Shown here piece by piece: positions 61,260 to 64,000 of a stretch of DNA of 64,000 nucleotides (positions within the stretch are counted from its first letter, which is position 1; each line of letters opens with the position of its first letter). The notes below the pieces were generated by a model that was not told the origin of the DNA, ran no database searches, and saw only the letters and a list, made by a program, of their open reading frames with translations. The translations under genes were made by a program, and so were the position numbers. Source of the stretch: Chloroflexota bacterium (lineage in GTDB: Bacteria; Chloroflexota; UBA11872); the NCBI GenBank assembly GCA_028874315.1, contig JAPPKM010000097.1, forward strand, positions 64,532-128,531, given 5' to 3'.

Positions 61260-63701
61260 GTGCTGCGCAAACCCTGTGCGCGGGAGCGTGGCAGACTTGG
61301 CAATATAGAGCGGACGGCATCCCGAGGCTTGATCTTGACGGACGGCGACGACCTCCGGTCGGAAAACGAGCGCCTGAGATCGCGACTCTCGCGGCTTACT
61401 GAGGCGATTCTGCGTATTAGTCAAGATCTTGATCTTGACACCGTCCTGCAGGAGATCGTCGATAGTGCGCGGTCCCTCACGGATGCGCGCTATGCCGCGA
61501 TCACCACCCAGGACGAGATTGGCGATCTGCAGGACCTGGTCTTCTCCGGTCTGTCGGACGACGAGATTCAGGAAGTCCTGGCGTTCCCCAATGGCATGGC
61601 CTTGTTCCAATACCTCAGCCGGTTGCAAAAGCCGCTGCGCACGCGGGACTACGTCGCTCACGCCGACCTGGCTGGATTCCCCAGCTTCGTTCCGACAATC
61701 AGCAGCTTTCTGAGCGCCCAGATCGGAGCTGGGAGCGACCAGATCGGCACGATATACATCGGCGAGAAGAAACGCCGCCAAGACTTTACGTTTGAAGACG
61801 AAGAGACCCTTGAATTGTTCGCCGCGCAAGCGGCGACAGCCATTACCAACGCACGCCGTTACGGAGACGAGCAACGGGCCAAGGCCGATCAGGCAGCCCT
61901 AGTCGATACGTCCCCGGTCGGCGTGCTGGTCATCGATGCGAAGACTCGGGAAATCGTGCAGTTCAACGAAGAAGCGCGCCGCATTGCAGGTGGATTGCGC
62001 GACCACGACCGAGACTTTGACCAGGTGCTTGCGCTGTTTACCTTTCGGCGAGTGGACGGGCGGGAGATTCCGCTGGCCGACATGCCGGTAGAACGTTCCC
62101 TGCGAAGTGGGGAGACGGTGCGGGCTGACGAGATTGTGATCCATCGCCCGGATGGGACGACTGTTACCACGGTCATCAACGCAACCCCCATCCATTCGGA
62201 TGACGGGGACCTTGTCTCGGTCGTATCAACGGTCCAGGACATCTCGCCGCTGGAAGAGCTCGAACGCCTGCGGGCCGAGTTCCTCGGCATGGTGAGCCAC
62301 GAATTGCGCACGCCCCTAACGTCGATCAAGGGATCCGCGGCGACTGCTCGGAGTGCTTCCTACCCGCTCGATCCCGCGGAGACGCGGCAGTTCTTTCGCA
62401 TCATCGAAGAACAAGCGGACCATATGCGCGACCTCATCAACAATCTCCTCGATCTGACCCGCATCGAGGCCGGCACCCTGTCGGTTGCTCCTGAACCGAC
62501 GGATATGGCGGACGTAATTGATCAGGCTCGAAATGCTTTCCACAGCGGCGGCTACCGGAACAACGTCGAAGTGGCTCTTGCATCGGAGCTACCGCGGATC
62601 CCGGCGGACCGCCAGCGAGTTGGCCAGGTCCTCTACAACCTCCTCTCCAATGCGTCCAAGTACTCGCGCGAATGGTCGACGATTCGAATCACCGCCTCAC
62701 TGGATGACGTGTATGTGACCGTCTCCGTCATTGACGAGGGGCGAGGGGTCTCGGCCGAGCAATTGCCGCGTCTGTTCAGCAAGTTCTCCCGGCTCAACTA
62801 CGACAACGGTCCAGAGGTCGAGGGATACGGCCTGGGCCTGGCGATCTCCCGTGGCGTAGTCGAGGCGCACGGGGGCCGCATCTGGGCTGAGAGCGACGGC
62901 GAGGGCAAAGGCACTCGCTTCACGTTCACGCTGCCCGCCGTTGATGCGTCCGACGCGGACGCTGAAGAATCCGCCGTCCCCGTCTTCGCTCGCATGCAGG
63001 ATGCGTCTGCCACGGCGGAGCGCATTCTTGCCATCGACGACGACCCACAAGTGCTGCGCTATGTGCGCAGCATTCTGTCGGAAGCTGGGTACTCGATCGT
63101 GGTCACCAGCCAGCCGTCCGAGCTGGATCGCCTCATTCAGGAAGAGCGTCCGCACCTCATTCTGCTGAACCTGGTGCTGCCGGGGACCAGCGGCTTCGAG
63201 TTGATCAAGCGTATTCCCAATGTCTTTGAAGTCCCGGTCATTTTCCTGACCGGTCGAGGCCGGGAACAGGACTTTGCCACGGCCTTTGAGATGGGCGCCG
63301 CCGACTATGTTGTCAAGCCCTTCGCGCCAACCGAACTGGTAGCAAGGATCCGGGCGGCGCTGCATAAGCGGTCCGTCTATCGGCAGGCCCAGGCGGTCGA
63401 ACCGTTTCGCCTCGGCGACCTAACGATCAACTACCTGGAACGCAGCGTGACCTTGGCGGGCCGGGCGGTTAGGCTCACGCCAACGCAGTTCAAACTGCTC
63501 GTCGAACTCTCCACCAATGCCGGGCGTGTTCTGTCACATGACGAGTTGCTGGAGAGCGTGTGGGGACATGGGCATTCGGCGGACCAGCAACTCCTTCGCT
63601 CATTCGTCAAGGGCCTGCGTAGCAAGCTCGGAGATAACGCCAGAGACCCGGTCTACATCTTTACGGAGTCGGGGACCGGCTACCGGCTGGCGAAGCCGTA
63701 A
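61260..63701 (+). CDS. Hybrid sensor histidine kinase / response regulator: coiled-coil, GAF, PAS, HisKA, HATPase_c, REC and OmpR-type winged-helix DNA-binding domain
   Basis: 'SHELRTPLTSI' H-box; 'GLGLAISRGVVEAHGGRIWAES' G-box; REC 'ILAIDDDP...LILLNLVLPGTSGFEL...VIFLTGRG'; C-terminal 'LTPTQFKLLVEL...TGYRL'. Confidence 0.8.
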   Translation: MLRKPCARERGRLGNIERTASRGLILTDGDDLRSENERLRSRLSRLTEAILRISQDLDLDTVLQEIVDSARSLTDARYAAITTQDEIGDLQDLVFSGLSDDEIQEVLAFPNGMALFQYLSRLQKPLRTRDYVAHADLAGFPSFVPTISSFLSAQIGAGSDQIGTIYIGEKKRRQDFTFEDEETLELFAAQAATAITNARRYGDEQRAKADQAALVDTSPVGVLVIDAKTREIVQFNEEARRIAGGLRDHDRDFDQVLALFTFRRVDGREIPLADMPVERSLRSGETVRADEIVIHRPDGTTVTTVINATPIHSDDGDLVSVVSTVQDISPLEELERLRAEFLGMVSHELRTPLTSIKGSAATARSASYPLDPAETRQFFRIIEEQADHMRDLINNLLDLTRIEAGTLSVAPEPTDMADVIDQARNAFHSGGYRNNVEVALASELPRIPADRQRVGQVLYNLLSNASKYSREWSTIRITASLDDVYVTVSVIDEGRGVSAEQLPRLFSKFSRLNYDNGPEVEGYGLGLAISRGVVEAHGGRIWAESDGEGKGTRFTFTLPAVDASDADAEESAVPVFARMQDASATAERILAIDDDPQVLRYVRSILSEAGYSIVVTSQPSELDRLIQEERPHLILLNLVLPGTSGFELIKRIPNVFEVPVIFLTGRGREQDFATAFEMGAADYVVKPFAPTELVARIRAALHKRSVYRQAQAVEPFRLGDLTINYLERSVTLAGRAVRLTPTQFKLLVELSTNAGRVLSHDELLESVWGHGHSADQQLLRSFVKGLRSKLGDNARDPVYIFTESGTGYRLAKP

Positions 63702-64000
63702 CGGGCCAAGTCGACCTCGACTGGCCGCGTCTAGGCCCGCCTCCCACCACTTGGGCGTGTAGCCCAGTCAGGGGCGACGCAAGCCCGCCAGTCCCGAAGC
63801 CCATCCCTGCGCCGACGAATGGACTGATTGACTCGGGCGGATCACTGTAGCCCGCGTGGATGCCGCCGCCCTGACTGGACTCGCCTCTCGGTGTCGGCCG
63901 CGGAGAAAGCGCGGACCGCGCTCGATGTCTCCGTGAAGTCGGGGACGCGGCATGACTCCCGCGATCCTGTCAGGGATCGCAGTGACGCTGAGCGTCCGCG

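Noticed and set aside
1-64000. Genome-wide reassignment of TAG to a sense codon (pyrrolysine or other recoding)
   Set aside because: TAG sits at the natural end of many well-delimited genes (flp, prepilin peptidase, P450, SngB, SngC, the Cas4-like gene, the RCC1/PQQ gene). Only a handful of internal TAGs are seen, and high-GC mutational bias explains them.
1-64000. CRISPR arrays and rRNA genes
   Set aside because: I saw no regularly spaced short direct repeats and no rRNA-like conserved stretches.

Overview
This 64-kb window comes from a high-GC chromosome, probably a monoderm (actinobacteria-like) organism. From left to right it contains the following.

- **0.7–8.7 kb, Tad/Flp pilus locus.** It encodes flp, two tadE-like genes, two unusual secreted proteins, cpaB, cpaF/tadA, tadB, tadC and a prepilin peptidase. 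There is no secretin gene and no tadZ. tadB carries one in-frame TAG.
- **8.7–13.5 kb, gene-poor stretch.** It has one secreted hypothetical protein and a cytochrome P450. Both are preceded by copies of a shared ~70-nt motif.
- **13.5–23.4 kb, high-GC mobile-element remnant.** It carries an AbiEi/AbiEii toxin-antitoxin pair, a tandem-repeat protein, a frameshifted MoxR-type AAA ATPase, a VWA protein with a HExxH motif, a RadC/JAB protein and a frameshifted tyrosine integrase.
- **24–42 kb, markedly lower-GC (~50%) defense-type island.** It encodes a three-gene Shango-like system (TerB-N/TerB-C protein, P-loop ATPase, Lhr-like helicase). It also encodes an RloC/PrrC-like ATPase with a zinc hook and a HEPN-like C-terminus, a stand-alone Cas4-like Fe-S nuclease, and an AddB/AddA-like helicase-nuclease pair.
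- **43–60 kb, high-GC metabolic genes mixed with element debris.** The genes include an RCC1 + PQQ-type sugar dehydrogenase lipoprotein, an alpha/beta hydrolase, a sulfatase–amidohydrolase–CN hydrolase operon, a PhyH dioxygenase, a beta-propeller glycoside-hydrolase-like protein and a GntR regulator. Among them are three copies of a repeat ending in a tRNA/tmRNA-like T-arm and acceptor 3' end, integrase and IS5 fragments, and truncated genes. Several further genes here are interrupted by single in-frame TAG codons.
- **61–64 kb.** A GAF-PAS-HisKA-HATPase-REC-wHTH hybrid sensor/regulator.

Many long minus-strand ORFs in the high-GC parts are GC-driven artefacts that overlap confident genes.
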